Positions 1 to 9,725 are shown, counted from the first letter of the stretch. The stretch: 64,000 nucleotides of DNA from Candidatus Latescibacterota bacterium (GCA_965116875.1 OZ220733.1:1568001-1632000), one strand, 5' to 3'. A program made the numbers and translations. The notes: generated from the sequence alone by a model not told the origin.

Positions 1-184
1 CCAGGTTGTTCTCAGATGCGAACTGAAACAGTTTCGATCCCAACAGGATGGAAACCCGCTGGTGAAGTTCTCCCGGCGCGGGCGTCATAAGCAGATCTCC
101 ATCTATAAGCTCGTACCGCTTGTCTTCCGGTGTGTTCAGATAGTCTTCGTATGTAAACTTGACCGTTGGATTGGAGACAGCCAT
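1..184 (-). CDS. Uma2 (DUF820) family endonuclease, 3' end cut by window edge
   Basis: Manual translation from ATG at 184: MAVSNPTVKFTYEDYLNTPEDKRYELIDGDLLMTPAPGELHQRVSILL..., a typical Uma2 N-terminus (T-Y-E-D-Y...RYELIDG...PAP...HQ). Not in the ORF track. Confidence 0.85.
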   Translation of the reverse strand, partial: MAVSNPTVKFTYEDYLNTPEDKRYELIDGDLLMTPAPGELHQRVSILLGSKLFQFASENNL

Positions 185-333
185 GGATGCCGCCCTTTCT
201 CCGCGGGAGTCTTCCGTGGGTGAATCAGGCTTCAGGGCAACGCTCGGTCTCGTATGTGATTTCCCGGGTCAGAAGCCGAAACCTGCCGGAACGACGCCAT
301 TAACGCGACGACCTTTTACCGATAACTCTTTAC

Positions 334-362
334 AAAATATCCATTGCATAGCGTACCGTCAA
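334..362 (-). promoter_or_regulatory. Possible sigma-70 promoter upstream of the Uma2 gene
   Basis: Minus strand TTGACG-N17-TATTTT. Confidence 0.35.
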
Positions 363-553
363 GCCCCGAAACGCCGGGAGACGGGAGAAGGGAGAAGGAA
401 TCCCTGCTCGAAATTTCATTCCTCAATGCCTCCGGCACGATAGAAAACCTGACAAGGCAGGCAATCTTTCCAGTCTCACGTCTTTCAAACCCATGAACTG
501 CGTTCGGCGGTAGCGGCAGACCTCTCCTCTCCATTCCATCTTTTTTCTTCGTC

Positions 554-780
554 GTCCTTTTTCTTATGCGCGGAAGAAAAAGGACCAAAAAGAAGCGCGC
601 CCTTCGGCAGGGGGCCGGTTTTTCCGTGAATCACTCCGGAGGCATAAATGGGAATTGGGTGGCCTGCCAACCTTCCAGCAGTATCGTTGCAAATGCATTG
701 GACGGACAAGCACGGAAAAACCCCCCATACCCCCGGTCGCATCATGTGAAATGCATTGATAGTGCGAGCCACTCCTTTCC
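554..780 (-). ncRNA. Putative structured RNA/element ending in an H-type pseudoknot, copy 1 (boundaries approximate)
   Basis: Stem GTCCTTTTTCTT/AAGAAAAAGGAC (554-585) whose loop pairs with GCGCGC (595-600). Shares motifs and covarying stems with 41794-41960. Confidence 0.45.
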
Positions 781-789
781 TCCCTCTCT

Positions 790-1020
790 CCTGGACCTAC
801 CCCCTAACCCCCTTCCTGAAGGAAGGGGGAATGTTGACGGGTGGTTGTACAGGCTTTGTGACGTGCCGGATAGCGATTACCCTTCAATCAGAGTGTCTAT
901 CAACGACCGGCGCACGACGTGTGCCTTTCCTCCCTCTTTCCTTTAGGAGAGAGGGCCGGGGAGAGAGGTCTGCGGGGGGAGGGGTCGCTGACTGCTGACG
1001 GCTGAGAGCTGATAGCTGCT
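790..1020 (-). repeat. REPIN-like repeat unit (GACCT-palindrome pair plus TCAGC 7-mer tract), inverted relative to the other copies
   Basis: GACCTACCCCCTAACCCCCTTCCTGAAGGAAGGGGG ... CCCTCTTTCCTTTAGGAGAGAGGGCCGGGGAGAGAGGTC, the reverse complement of units at 9183-11300 and 38719-38897. Confidence 0.85.
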
Positions 1021-1029
1021 TTTTGGAGG

Positions 1030-1071
1030 CAAAAAAGCCGCCGAACGCGAGGTCCGGCGGCTTTTTGTTTT
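1030..1071 (-). terminator. Rho-independent terminator of the surface-protein operon (probably bidirectional)
   Basis: AAAAAAGCCGCCG-loop-CGGCGGCTTTTT, about 20 nt after the stop at 1091. Confidence 0.85.
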
Positions 1072-1090
1072 TCCATCTGTGCGGCTGCGA

Positions 1091-2563
1091 TTACTTGAGC
1101 AGCAGCATCTTCTGGGACAGCGTGGTGGTTCCGGCGTCGACCTTGGCGATGTAAACGCCGCTTGCAACGCCCCTGCCCTGATTGTCGCGCGCGTCCCACT
1201 GGACCGAGTAGCGGCCGGCCGAGTTGAACTGCGAAATCAGGTGCCGCACCTGCTGGCCCAGCACGTCATAGATGACCACCGAAACCGGAGCGGATTCGGG
1301 AAGCTCGTACGAAATCGTGGTGCTGGGGTTGAACGGGTTCGGATAGACGTTGACCGCAAACTCCGTGGGCAACGGCATCCGGGCGCCCAGAAGCACCTCA
1401 ATCACGTTCGACTGCGAGATCGAGCCGTCCAGGTCCACCTGTTCGAGCCTGTAGAACACCTTCTCCACGCCCGGCAGGTTCTTGTCTTCAAAGCTGTAGT
1501 TCATCAGGGCATCGGCCGTTCCCGCGCCCTGCACAAAATTGCCAACCGCCTCAAACGTCTCGCCGTCGACGCTACGCGTGACCCGCCAGCCCGCATTGTT
1601 CGTCTGCGAGACCGTGGACCAGTTCAGGACCACGCGGTCCGTCTGCAGCGCGCCGTCGAAGGAGGCCAGTTCGGCCGGGTTCAACTGGGTGAACGTAAAC
1701 GTCACCGGAGCGGTGTCCTCACCGTTCACGGTGGCCTTCACGGTTACCTGAAGGCTCCCGCCTGTAACCTTAATGACGATCTTATCCGCCGACACCATCA
1801 TATGGTCGTCGAGTTCGAGCATCATCCCGTCCGCGTCCAGGACGCTGAGTGTACCGTCGCCCGTGGAGGTTACGGTCCATGAAATCGTTGGCTCGTCCGG
1901 GAGGTTGTCCAGTCCCAGGGTCACCGAGGCGCTTCCGCCCATGGCGGGAATCTGAACCATATTCCCCGCCATCAGGTCATCGCCCATTCCCATGATGGTT
2001 GGACCCTTCGGAGCCTCGACGGTCACGATGGCTTCGGACACGTCCAGAGAATCCACCTCGGTCGTCGTGATTACGGCAGTTTTCGCGTAGAAGGATGCGC
2101 CGTCCTCAATGTTGCCAAGCGCTACAATCTTCACCGTGGCGAAATAGCCATTGTCCGGCAACGGCGCCGCGGGGAACTGCAGAAGCGAAAATTCGTCGTC
2201 CTTCAGGGACTGCGGGTTCGGGATTGTCCCAATACCATCGACCGCGACGATCTTCCAGCTCTCGTCGAACATCATATCCATATTGCTGTCGGCAAATTTC
2301 ACGCCGCCGCCCAGCGTGCTCACGCCGCCGCCGTCTTCGATGAACAACTCCACCTTGATCGTGTCGCCTTCCATGGTCATCGACGGCGCGATCGTATTCA
2401 CGCCCTCGTTTACCTTGTCGGCATTGTCTTCAACCATATTGAACACGGTATCGACCAGCAGCTTCTTGCCCGCCAGGTCGCCCGCATCGGCGCTTCCGAC
2501 CGCGACGGTCACAAGAAAAGCGGCCACCGTCACGAAGCTCAGAATCGGTTTAACTCTATACAT
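1091..2563 (-). CDS. Secreted protein with C-terminal FlgD Ig-like/T9SS type-A sorting-like domain (490 aa)
   Basis: Signal peptide; PAELASFDG...VVLNWSTVSQTNNAGW module; C-terminal PTEFAVNVYPNPFNPSTTISY...SGVYIAKV...QKMLLLK; RBS AAGGAG. Confidence 0.85.
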   Translation of the reverse strand: MYRVKPILSFVTVAAFLVTVAVGSADAGDLAGKKLLVDTVFNMVEDNADKVNEGVNTIAPSMTMEGDTIKVELFIEDGGGVSTLGGGVKFADSNMDMMFDESWKIVAVDGIGTIPNPQSLKDDEFSLLQFPAAPLPDNGYFATVKIVALGNIEDGASFYAKTAVITTTEVDSLDVSEAIVTVEAPKGPTIMGMGDDLMAGNMVQIPAMGGSASVTLGLDNLPDEPTISWTVTSTGDGTLSVLDADGMMLELDDHMMVSADKIVIKVTGGSLQVTVKATVNGEDTAPVTFTFTQLNPAELASFDGALQTDRVVLNWSTVSQTNNAGWRVTRSVDGETFEAVGNFVQGAGTADALMNYSFEDKNLPGVEKVFYRLEQVDLDGSISQSNVIEVLLGARMPLPTEFAVNVYPNPFNPSTTISYELPESAPVSVVIYDVLGQQVRHLISQFNSAGRYSVQWDARDNQGRGVASGVYIAKVDAGTTTLSQKMLLLK

Positions 2564-2672
2564 CTCGCCTCTCCTTGTCGGTGTGTGTGATTCGCTCCAG
2601 AATCGAATGCTCGCTCCAGAAGGAAAAAGAGAAGTATGGGAGGCCCCGGAGGACCTCCCATACCCTTCCTGA

Positions 2673-5600
2673 TTACTTGAGCAACATCAACCGCTTGGCA
2701 TCCTGGAACTTACCGGCAACCGAGACCTGATAGAAGTAAATTCCACTCGAAACCGATACTCCGCGGTCGTCCATACCGCTCCACTGCACCGTATACCGTC
2801 CGGGCGTCTGGCGTTCGCGCACCAGCGTCCGAACTTCCTGGCCCAGCAGGTTGTAGATCCGGAGGACCACGTCGCCGCCTTCAGCCAGGTCATACGGAAT
2901 ATTGGTTTGCGGGTTGAACGGGTTCGGATAGTTCTGGTGCAGCGCGAACTCAGTGGGCGTGCTCTGCACGTCCAGCGCGCCAAGCGACACCACCGGGTTC
3001 TGCAGTTGATCCGCGTCGAACACCACGCCCTGTGCAATTTCGAAGCGGGCGTTGTCCTGGAACTCGCTCAGAACCTTGAACGTGAAGGTTACCAGCGCGC
3101 CTCCGCCGCTCACCGTTCCGGATTCGGTAATGACGTTCACCACCGAGACCCGGCCCTCTTCCGGCCAGTTCTTGAACAGCGGCGTCTCGCCACCGTCGGA
3201 CTTCAGCAGATCGTTCTCGGCGGGCACGGCGCTGACGAATTCGAACTTATCAGCGTCATACAACAGTTCCAGACCGTAGCCGTTCAACGCTTTGGCGTTG
3301 GCCATGGACACCGTCAAGGTGATCGTCTCGCCAACCAGCACCTTCTCGCCGGTCAATTCGAGCGTCATCTCCGTGTCGGCGTTCACGCCCGGACGCTGCG
3401 GAACCACCGCCAGCTTGCTTCCGGAAGGCAGCACCGCCGTCTTGCCGAACGACGCTGCCGCGATCGCCAGGTCGACGAAGTTGACAACGCCGTCGTCATC
3501 GACGTCGGCCTGCGGGTTGTAGTTGGCTTCGCCCTTCTGGCTGCCAAAGGCCGCGCCGAAGGCGATGATGTCTTCAAAGTCGACCTCGAGGTTGCCGCCC
3601 TGCGCAGGCAGCACCATCAGGTAGACCGGGTCGCCGTTGGCGTCCACGAAGCTCACACGGACCGAGATATCAGTGACCGTGATCAGGTCGCTCATCGCCA
3701 CGTTATTGTCGTCAAACGCGTCGATGCGATAGACCAGCGAGGTGGCGCCATCGGGCAGGTTGTCGTCGGTGAACTGGGTGGATCCCGGAGCCAGCGTGGC
3801 GGCCGTCTCAAGTGCGTCGGCGGACGCGCCCCGCATCACCGTGTAGCCCTTCACACCCATGATTGGAATGTTGTAATTGCGATACGGAATGGAGCCTACC
3901 ACGCCGTCATTCGCCGAAGCCGTCCAGCGCAGAATCACACCACCGGCGCCGGTGCCACTGGCATCGGTAACCGCGGCGGGAGCGATGTCGTCAACGGCTG
4001 CCACCGGCTCCTCCGTGACCGTGCGAGCGGACGACAGGAAACTGCCCGCGTGGCCGGTACGGATGTTGGCCGGAACATTGCCGCTGCCCACCAGCGCGCC
4101 CACGTCCGGATTCACCGGCGCGAAGATGACGTTCTTCTGGTCGCCGATCAGCGACTTGACGTAGTCCTCAGGCGCGTTGAACTGATTGCTCAGCTCCTCG
4201 TCCGTCAGAAGCTCCGCCTCGGGCGCCATACCCAGCAACTGCAGCGTCTGCTGGATGCTCTCCTTCGTGAACACGCGCTTGCTGGCCGTGGTCGCGTCGG
4301 ATTCACCGGCGGCGGTCACCGCCGTAACGCCCCAGTTCGTGGCTACGTTGTCGATTGCAGGAACGATCACGGTCTGCATGTCGCCTTCCGCGTCGCCCAT
4401 CTCGTCACCGGCGTCGGCGGAGAAGCTGACGCTGGTCCAGGCCACCCACTTCTTCACGGGCTCTTCGAGCTCAACCACGTTGCCTTCATCATCCACACCC
4501 GTGGTCGAGTCGATCTCCCGGGAAATCTGGTAGGCGGACACGGCTTCGTGCTGCGACGAGTTCGGGAAGCTGATTACCACAACGCCGCCCTGGTCGCCTT
4601 CACCGTCCGCGCCCTTGTAGTCCTGCACCACGATATTGGCTGGCGCAGCAGGCGCGCCCGGATCAGGACCGTCTCCGTCTGTGGATACGATATTGACGGT
4701 AACGCTGCCCACGAGGGCGCCGGTCTTATCTGCTACAGGTGTATCTGCCTGCAAGGCGCCGGTTACGTAGGTATCGACGATCGTCCTGACGCTGATCGTC
4801 GCGCTGCCGCTGGCGTCGCTAGCCAGCGCGCCGTAGGTAGCCCCGTCCGTGCTGGTCACCATCTGCTGACCGGAGGGCACCGACACCGCGGCGTTGCTGG
4901 AAGCGAAGGTGAAGGGAATCGATGTGTAATCCTTCGAACCCGTATTGTTGTCAATCCTCAAACTCGGGTTGTCGAAGGCATCGGTCGGGACCACGCTGAC
5001 CGTAAAGGAGCCGGCCACGTTGTCCGTTGAGATTTCACCCTCGATCGCCGTGACCCTGAACTTCGAGAACTCAGCGATCTGGACGTTGAACGGCTTGGCA
5101 GCCTGCCCGCTGATCCGCAGCGTGTAGGCGCCGGTGGCCGGATCAATCGTGCCCTCGGCCGCGTACAGGACCACGCCCGTGAGCGGCTTCGTGGACTTGA
5201 ACTTGACTTCCCGCGAACCCGCGTGCCAGCCGTCGCCGTCCAGGATGGCGGCCTTGGCCACCATACCCAGAGCGGCCAGGTCGGCGGGAAGCGTGAACGC
5301 GGGCGCCGCTTCTACACCGGTGCCGCTGAACGTCACGCCTTCCAGCGCTTCGGCCTGATCGCCGGAAACGATTGCGGCAATTGCCGACGGCGTGTGATAG
5401 GTCACCGCCCGAACGTCGCCCGCGGCGCTATCCCGTTCCTTTTCCATACGCGTCAGCGTTGTGTCGATCACGGACATCGCTATCTTGTAGTCCACCCCGG
5501 AAACCACCTTCTCCTTCTGGGCGGCATCCGGCACGACCACGAACTGATCGGCGTCCGGATTTTCAAAGACGTCCTTGAACGTGAGCGTACCGCCCTTCGT

Positions 5601-7724
5601 CACGCTGGCGTTGCCCGCCACGTCAATCGCCAGGATGTCCAGTTCGTACCTCTGGCGATCGATGAAGGTGGTATCGTTCACCGGCCAGGAGACCAGACTG
5701 CCCACCGTCTCCAGCCTGACGGCGCCCGGGCCGTATGGCTGCACGATGGCCGGCCCGCCGCCCTGCTCATGATAACGGATGGATAGGGAGTCCAGCTCTT
5801 CGCTGATGATAAAGACCGGATCCTTGGTGGCCGGGACGATGGTGGGCGCGTCCTCGTTGTCCGCGTCCTTGGGCGCGGTCGCGTTGGTCGGGAACAGATT
5901 GCTGACCTTCGGGGTATTTCCGTCCAGCGTGATGCCCGTCAGATCCTTATACTCAGTCTTGTTGCCCAGACTGTCCCAGACGGTGATGATAATGTCCCCG
6001 ACCGTTCCGCCCGCGGGTACGTACTTGTTCTTCGCAACGCCCGCCACGACGTCGTTGTCCTCCGTGAACCACACGTGCTGATTGGAGGGCTTGGCGCTGT
6101 CGGCGGCGGTTGCCCCGGTTTCCGGGATCATAATGTTGAGAAAGTCCACCGTGGCCGTTTTATCGCTGCCCGTGGGGTCAAGCGGATACCTGTTTGCAGC
6201 GTCTTCGGTGGCATCGGTGGCAGGATTATCGCCGTGGCCCATGTAGTCTTCCAACGTGAGCGTACTGTCGGCGTGCTTGATGGTGATCTTGCTCGGCCCT
6301 TCGCTGAGTTTGAACACGAGCGGATTCAAATCGCGGTTGCTTGTGCCGCCCGCCACCTCACCCGACAACGGCGTATAAGTGGAAAGCGTCTGCTTGATCG
6401 CCGCGGTGATGACAGGATCGTGCGATCCGGCCGCCATACTGTCGGGATTGGGATAAACCACCGTCACCTTGGGCGCGGTCGCGTCGCCGATGATCGGAAC
6501 GTTTGTGTCTTGGTCCGAGCCAGCTGTCACATCATCGGCTGCGGTCAGGGTACCTAAGGTAGCGGTTACATCGTCGACGAGCACGTCATTGGTGCCGTGA
6601 AGGTCTTTCCAATCGGCAGCCGATGGGTCCGCAGCCGTAGCGCCTCCCACGTTGCCGGCGACGTCCACGAGATAGGCGAAGAGCTCGAGCCGCTCGTTAT
6701 CCTTGAACTGCCCCGCGGCGACTTTCATATCGACGCTCGGATTCGGGCTGTACAGCCTGTCCCCCTTCAACTCGATTTTCAGCCGCGCATCATCCTTGAA
6801 AGCGAGGGCATTCGCATCTTCCGGGCCCAATGCAAGGCCAGGGACAGTGTTTGGGGGTGTCGGTATTACCGGATTGGTATATCGCGTAATCGAGTCGGCG
6901 GGAACGAGACCGATTTCGATCCTGTCCGCCCTGGCGCTGAGAATTGCATTGGTATTCAAATTCAGCACCGCTCTGAATACCTTGTCGGTGACAATCTGGA
7001 TCTCTCTGACGAGGTGCGGCGGTTCGCCGGAAGACACATCGGCCGTATCGGTCTTTATTGTGGTCAACCTGCCCAGGTCCAGCGCGATACTCTCAAATAC
7101 ATCCGCGTGAATCGGGCGTTCGGCGTCGACACCGAAGAGCTTCCCGTCACCCACGCGGCTGGCGCCGAAGCCGGCCGTGGCGGGCGTGATCTTCCGGTTA
7201 CGCATCAGGTTGTTCAGAGCAGCATCGGCGCCTGCCGGATCCACCACAACCTTCAACGCGTGGTTGCTGGCGCTCTCGAAATTATCGCCTGCAGTTTCGT
7301 TGGCGATGATCCCGATCTTGACCTTGAAGGTGTCGACGCCCGAAGTCTCGCCGTCGCCCCATGTTACCAGATCTTGGCCCGTCGCTCCGGTGGCGGAGAC
7401 CCACGAACCACTAGCACCTACGGCAAGATTGTAGAATATATTATTGTCGCCAGTTCCGGATCTGGCGGTGGTCCCGACGTCGGCGTCAGCAACGCTGGAG
7501 TCGACCACGGCCACCTGGAAACCACCATCGAGCCGACCGTCATAACACAGGATCCGGACTCTGATTGTATCGGTGATCGCGACCCATTCGTTGGCCTTAG
7601 GCGCGTCGACGCGAATCAGGATACCCTGCGTGGCGGCCACCTCAACCTGGGCCGAGGCCACGCCAACCACTCCGAAAACCAGCAGAAACGCCAAACCAAT
7701 GCTTGAAACCGTTTTTAACTGCAT
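2673..7724 (-). CDS. Large secreted surface protein (about 1683 aa): Ig/Fn3-like body, dockerin-like EF-hand, cohesin-like domain, FlgD/T9SS-like CTD
   Basis: Start reassigned to ATG 7724 (MQLKTVSSIG, RBS AAGGAGG, signal peptide). DFEDIIAFGAAFG...ADVDDDGVVNFVDL is dockerin-like; VGETITLTVSM...GYGLELLYDADKFEFVS is cohesin-like; FALHQNYPNPFNP is the CTD. Confidence 0.85.
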   Translation of the reverse strand: MQLKTVSSIGLAFLLVFGVVGVASAQVEVAATQGILIRVDAPKANEWVAITDTIRVRILCYDGRLDGGFQVAVVDSSVADADVGTTARSGTGDNNIFYNLAVGASGSWVSATGATGQDLVTWGDGETSGVDTFKVKIGIIANETAGDNFESASNHALKVVVDPAGADAALNNLMRNRKITPATAGFGASRVGDGKLFGVDAERPIHADVFESIALDLGRLTTIKTDTADVSSGEPPHLVREIQIVTDKVFRAVLNLNTNAILSARADRIEIGLVPADSITRYTNPVIPTPPNTVPGLALGPEDANALAFKDDARLKIELKGDRLYSPNPSVDMKVAAGQFKDNERLELFAYLVDVAGNVGGATAADPSAADWKDLHGTNDVLVDDVTATLGTLTAADDVTAGSDQDTNVPIIGDATAPKVTVVYPNPDSMAAGSHDPVITAAIKQTLSTYTPLSGEVAGGTSNRDLNPLVFKLSEGPSKITIKHADSTLTLEDYMGHGDNPATDATEDAANRYPLDPTGSDKTATVDFLNIMIPETGATAADSAKPSNQHVWFTEDNDVVAGVAKNKYVPAGGTVGDIIITVWDSLGNKTEYKDLTGITLDGNTPKVSNLFPTNATAPKDADNEDAPTIVPATKDPVFIISEELDSLSIRYHEQGGGPAIVQPYGPGAVRLETVGSLVSWPVNDTTFIDRQRYELDILAIDVAGNASVTKGGTLTFKDVFENPDADQFVVVPDAAQKEKVVSGVDYKIAMSVIDTTLTRMEKERDSAAGDVRAVTYHTPSAIAAIVSGDQAEALEGVTFSGTGVEAAPAFTLPADLAALGMVAKAAILDGDGWHAGSREVKFKSTKPLTGVVLYAAEGTIDPATGAYTLRISGQAAKPFNVQIAEFSKFRVTAIEGEISTDNVAGSFTVSVVPTDAFDNPSLRIDNNTGSKDYTSIPFTFASSNAAVSVPSGQQMVTSTDGATYGALASDASGSATISVRTIVDTYVTGALQADTPVADKTGALVGSVTVNIVSTDGDGPDPGAPAAPANIVVQDYKGADGEGDQGGVVVISFPNSSQHEAVSAYQISREIDSTTGVDDEGNVVELEEPVKKWVAWTSVSFSADAGDEMGDAEGDMQTVIVPAIDNVATNWGVTAVTAAGESDATTASKRVFTKESIQQTLQLLGMAPEAELLTDEELSNQFNAPEDYVKSLIGDQKNVIFAPVNPDVGALVGSGNVPANIRTGHAGSFLSSARTVTEEPVAAVDDIAPAAVTDASGTGAGGVILRWTASANDGVVGSIPYRNYNIPIMGVKGYTVMRGASADALETAATLAPGSTQFTDDNLPDGATSLVYRIDAFDDNNVAMSDLITVTDISVRVSFVDANGDPVYLMVLPAQGGNLEVDFEDIIAFGAAFGSQKGEANYNPQADVDDDGVVNFVDLAIAAASFGKTAVLPSGSKLAVVPQRPGVNADTEMTLELTGEKVLVGETITLTVSMANAKALNGYGLELLYDADKFEFVSAVPAENDLLKSDGGETPLFKNWPEEGRVSVVNVITESGTVSGGGALVTFTFKVLSEFQDNARFEIAQGVVFDADQLQNPVVSLGALDVQSTPTEFALHQNYPNPFNPQTNIPYDLAEGGDVVLRIYNLLGQEVRTLVRERQTPGRYTVQWSGMDDRGVSVSSGIYFYQVSVAGKFQDAKRLMLLK

Positions 7725-8153
7725 TACCAACCTCCTTGTGAAACAGGACGCTTCGTAAAACCTGCGGTAAACCTCCCTTGCTGCGTTGTGAAACCACTTC
7801 GTGAACACCGGAAACCCCCTGGGTGGGGGATGCCGGTAGTCGGAAGAGTTGTAAAATTTAGCGGTGATGGCGTTCCTCCCTTCGGTTGGAAAATTCAGAA
7901 GTTCCTTGCTTGCAACACCTTAACGTGACTATCGATATAGGTTGAACCCTTGTAGACACTCGCCCCTGTTACACCTCCTTTTAAATGCACGAAAGCCACC
8001 CCCACGTCTCCCACCTTCCAGAGATAGCACAGTTGACTCATATTGATTGTGTTTTGAGGTTTCAACAACCCGCTTCCGATAGTCGGTGAAAACAGCCGTG
8101 AATTCGGCTGATTTCGCTGTTTACACGCACATTATGCGGCAAACAGGTTCCTA

Positions 8154-8182
8154 AGTATACGCAACACTAAACAGGCTGTCAA
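8154..8182 (-). promoter_or_regulatory. Near-consensus sigma-70 promoter for the surface-protein operon (about 420-nt leader)
   Basis: Minus strand TTGACA(8182-8177)-N17-TATACT(8159-8154). Confidence 0.75.
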
Positions 8183-8189
8183 GTGTTTT

Positions 8190-8300
8190 TTAGCAGGATT
8201 TTCAGGATTAAAAAGCGACTGTGATTAACAGGATTAAAGGCAAACAGGATTAACAGGATTAAAGGCAAAAACCGAACCTGATTAAGCAGGATTAAAATCA
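8190..8300. repeat. Degenerate (A)CAGGATTAA short tandem tract
   Basis: About six CAGGATT copies, e.g. ACAGGATTAACAGGATTAAAGGCAAA. Confidence 0.75.
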
Positions 8301-8387
8301 TAGGCGCCCAGCATTAAAACCGAAAACGGGGCTGCGTGTGACCACAATATAAAGGGCCTGTTCCAACAGGTACCACAATACCCTGTT

Positions 8388-8945
8388 TCAGCGCATCTGA
8401 TGCTCGAGGCGCTGGATTTCGTCGCGCAGGCTGGCGGCCTCTTCATATTGTTCATGCGCCACGGCCTCGCGCAGTTCCGCCTTCAGGGCCGTCAACCGGT
8501 CCGAAATCCCTCCCTCGACCTGCTCCACCTCGACGTCCAGAGAGGAATTGATGGGCATCCCGGCCTCCTGGATGACCCGGTCTTCCACGAAAACCGGGGC
8601 GCCCGTGCGGAGGGCCAGGGCGAGGGCGTCGCTGGGCCGGGAGTCCACGCCGATGGTTTTGCCTTCGGCATCCAGGCTGACCTCGGCGAAGAAGACGTCT
8701 TCCTCGAGCGCGTTGATGAGCACCCGCGTGACCTTGACGCCCATGCCGTCCAGTATGGACCGGAGCAACTCGCAGGTGGGCGGCCGGGGCGGTTCTTCAT
8801 CGTATAACGCCATGTAGATGGCCGTGGCTTCGAAATTGCCGATGGAGATGGGGAGGAAGATCTGCTGCTCCCTGTCTTTCAGCCACACCAGCGGCCGGTT
8901 GGTGTTGGGTTCCACCGCCACGCCGACCACGTTCATTTCCACCAT
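8388..8945 (-). CDS. Bifunctional nuclease (DUF151/BFN) with C-terminal UVR domain
   Basis: LPISIGNFEATAI...RPPT.EL...VDSRPSDALALALR; C-terminal AVAHEQYEEAASLRDEI; start moved to MVEMNVV. Confidence 0.9.
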   Translation of the reverse strand: MVEMNVVGVAVEPNTNRPLVWLKDREQQIFLPISIGNFEATAIYMALYDEEPPRPPTCELLRSILDGMGVKVTRVLINALEEDVFFAEVSLDAEGKTIGVDSRPSDALALALRTGAPVFVEDRVIQEAGMPINSSLDVEVEQVEGGISDRLTALKAELREAVAHEQYEEAASLRDEIQRLEHQMR

Positions 8946-9059
8946 GGGATGCGCTTCCTTCCCGGCGCCGGGAGGGGAGGGGTTTTGCGCCGCAGGGGGA
9001 GGCATTTTCGGCAAATGCGCTTACTAAACAATAATATAGGGCGAATGGCCGGGAAAAAT

Positions 9060-9720
9060 CAAGGGAAAAAGGAGACAAGTGAGAAGGAAGAAGGAAGAAG
9101 GAAGAAGGAAAAAGAAAAGGCGAAAGGCGAAGAGCGAAAACCGAAGGCAAGATCAAGAGCAATACTTCCACCCAGCCCTGCCGACCTCTCTCCCCGGCCC
9201 TCTCTCCTAAAGGAAAGAGGGAGGAAACCGGTACGTCGCGTGCCGGGCTTCTATAAATGCCCTGATCGAAAGGTAATCGCCATCCGGCACGTCACAAAAC
9301 CTGTACAGCCACCCGTCAACATTCCCCCTTCCTTCAGGAAGGGGGTTAGGGGGTAGGTCCGGGAAGGGGGAAGAGCAAAAACGAAAGGCAAATTGCGAAA
9401 TCATAGGCAACCCCTCCGCCCGGCCCTGCCGACCTCTCTCCCCGGCCCTCTCGGAAGCAGCTATCAGCCGTCAGCGGTCGGCTAAAGGAGAAAGTCAAGG
9501 TCCAAAGCAAACCATCCGCCCCAGCCCCGCCGACCTCTCTCCCCGGCCCTCTCTCCTAAAGCAAAGAGGGAGGAAACCGGTACGTCGCGTGCCGGGCTTC
9601 TATAAATGCCCTGATCGAAAGGAAATCGCCATCCGGCACATCACAAAGCCTGTACAGCCACCCGTCAACGTTCCCCCTTCCTTCAGGAAGGGGGTTAGGG
9701 GGTAGGTCCGGCGGAGGGGT
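9060..9720 (+). repeat. Modular repeat block (GAAGAAG 7-mers plus two REPIN-like units) downstream of the DUF559 gene
   Basis: Units at 9183-9359 and 9532-9708 are near-identical to the array units at 10135-11300. Confidence 0.9.
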
Positions 9721-9725
9721 GGAAG

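Noticed and set aside
7725-7808. ORF-track N-terminal extensions (7808, 15502, 9014, 17513, 27763, 35773, 38180, 42126, 51623, 56717)
   Set aside because: Downstream starts have better RBS, signal-peptide or family-N-terminus support.
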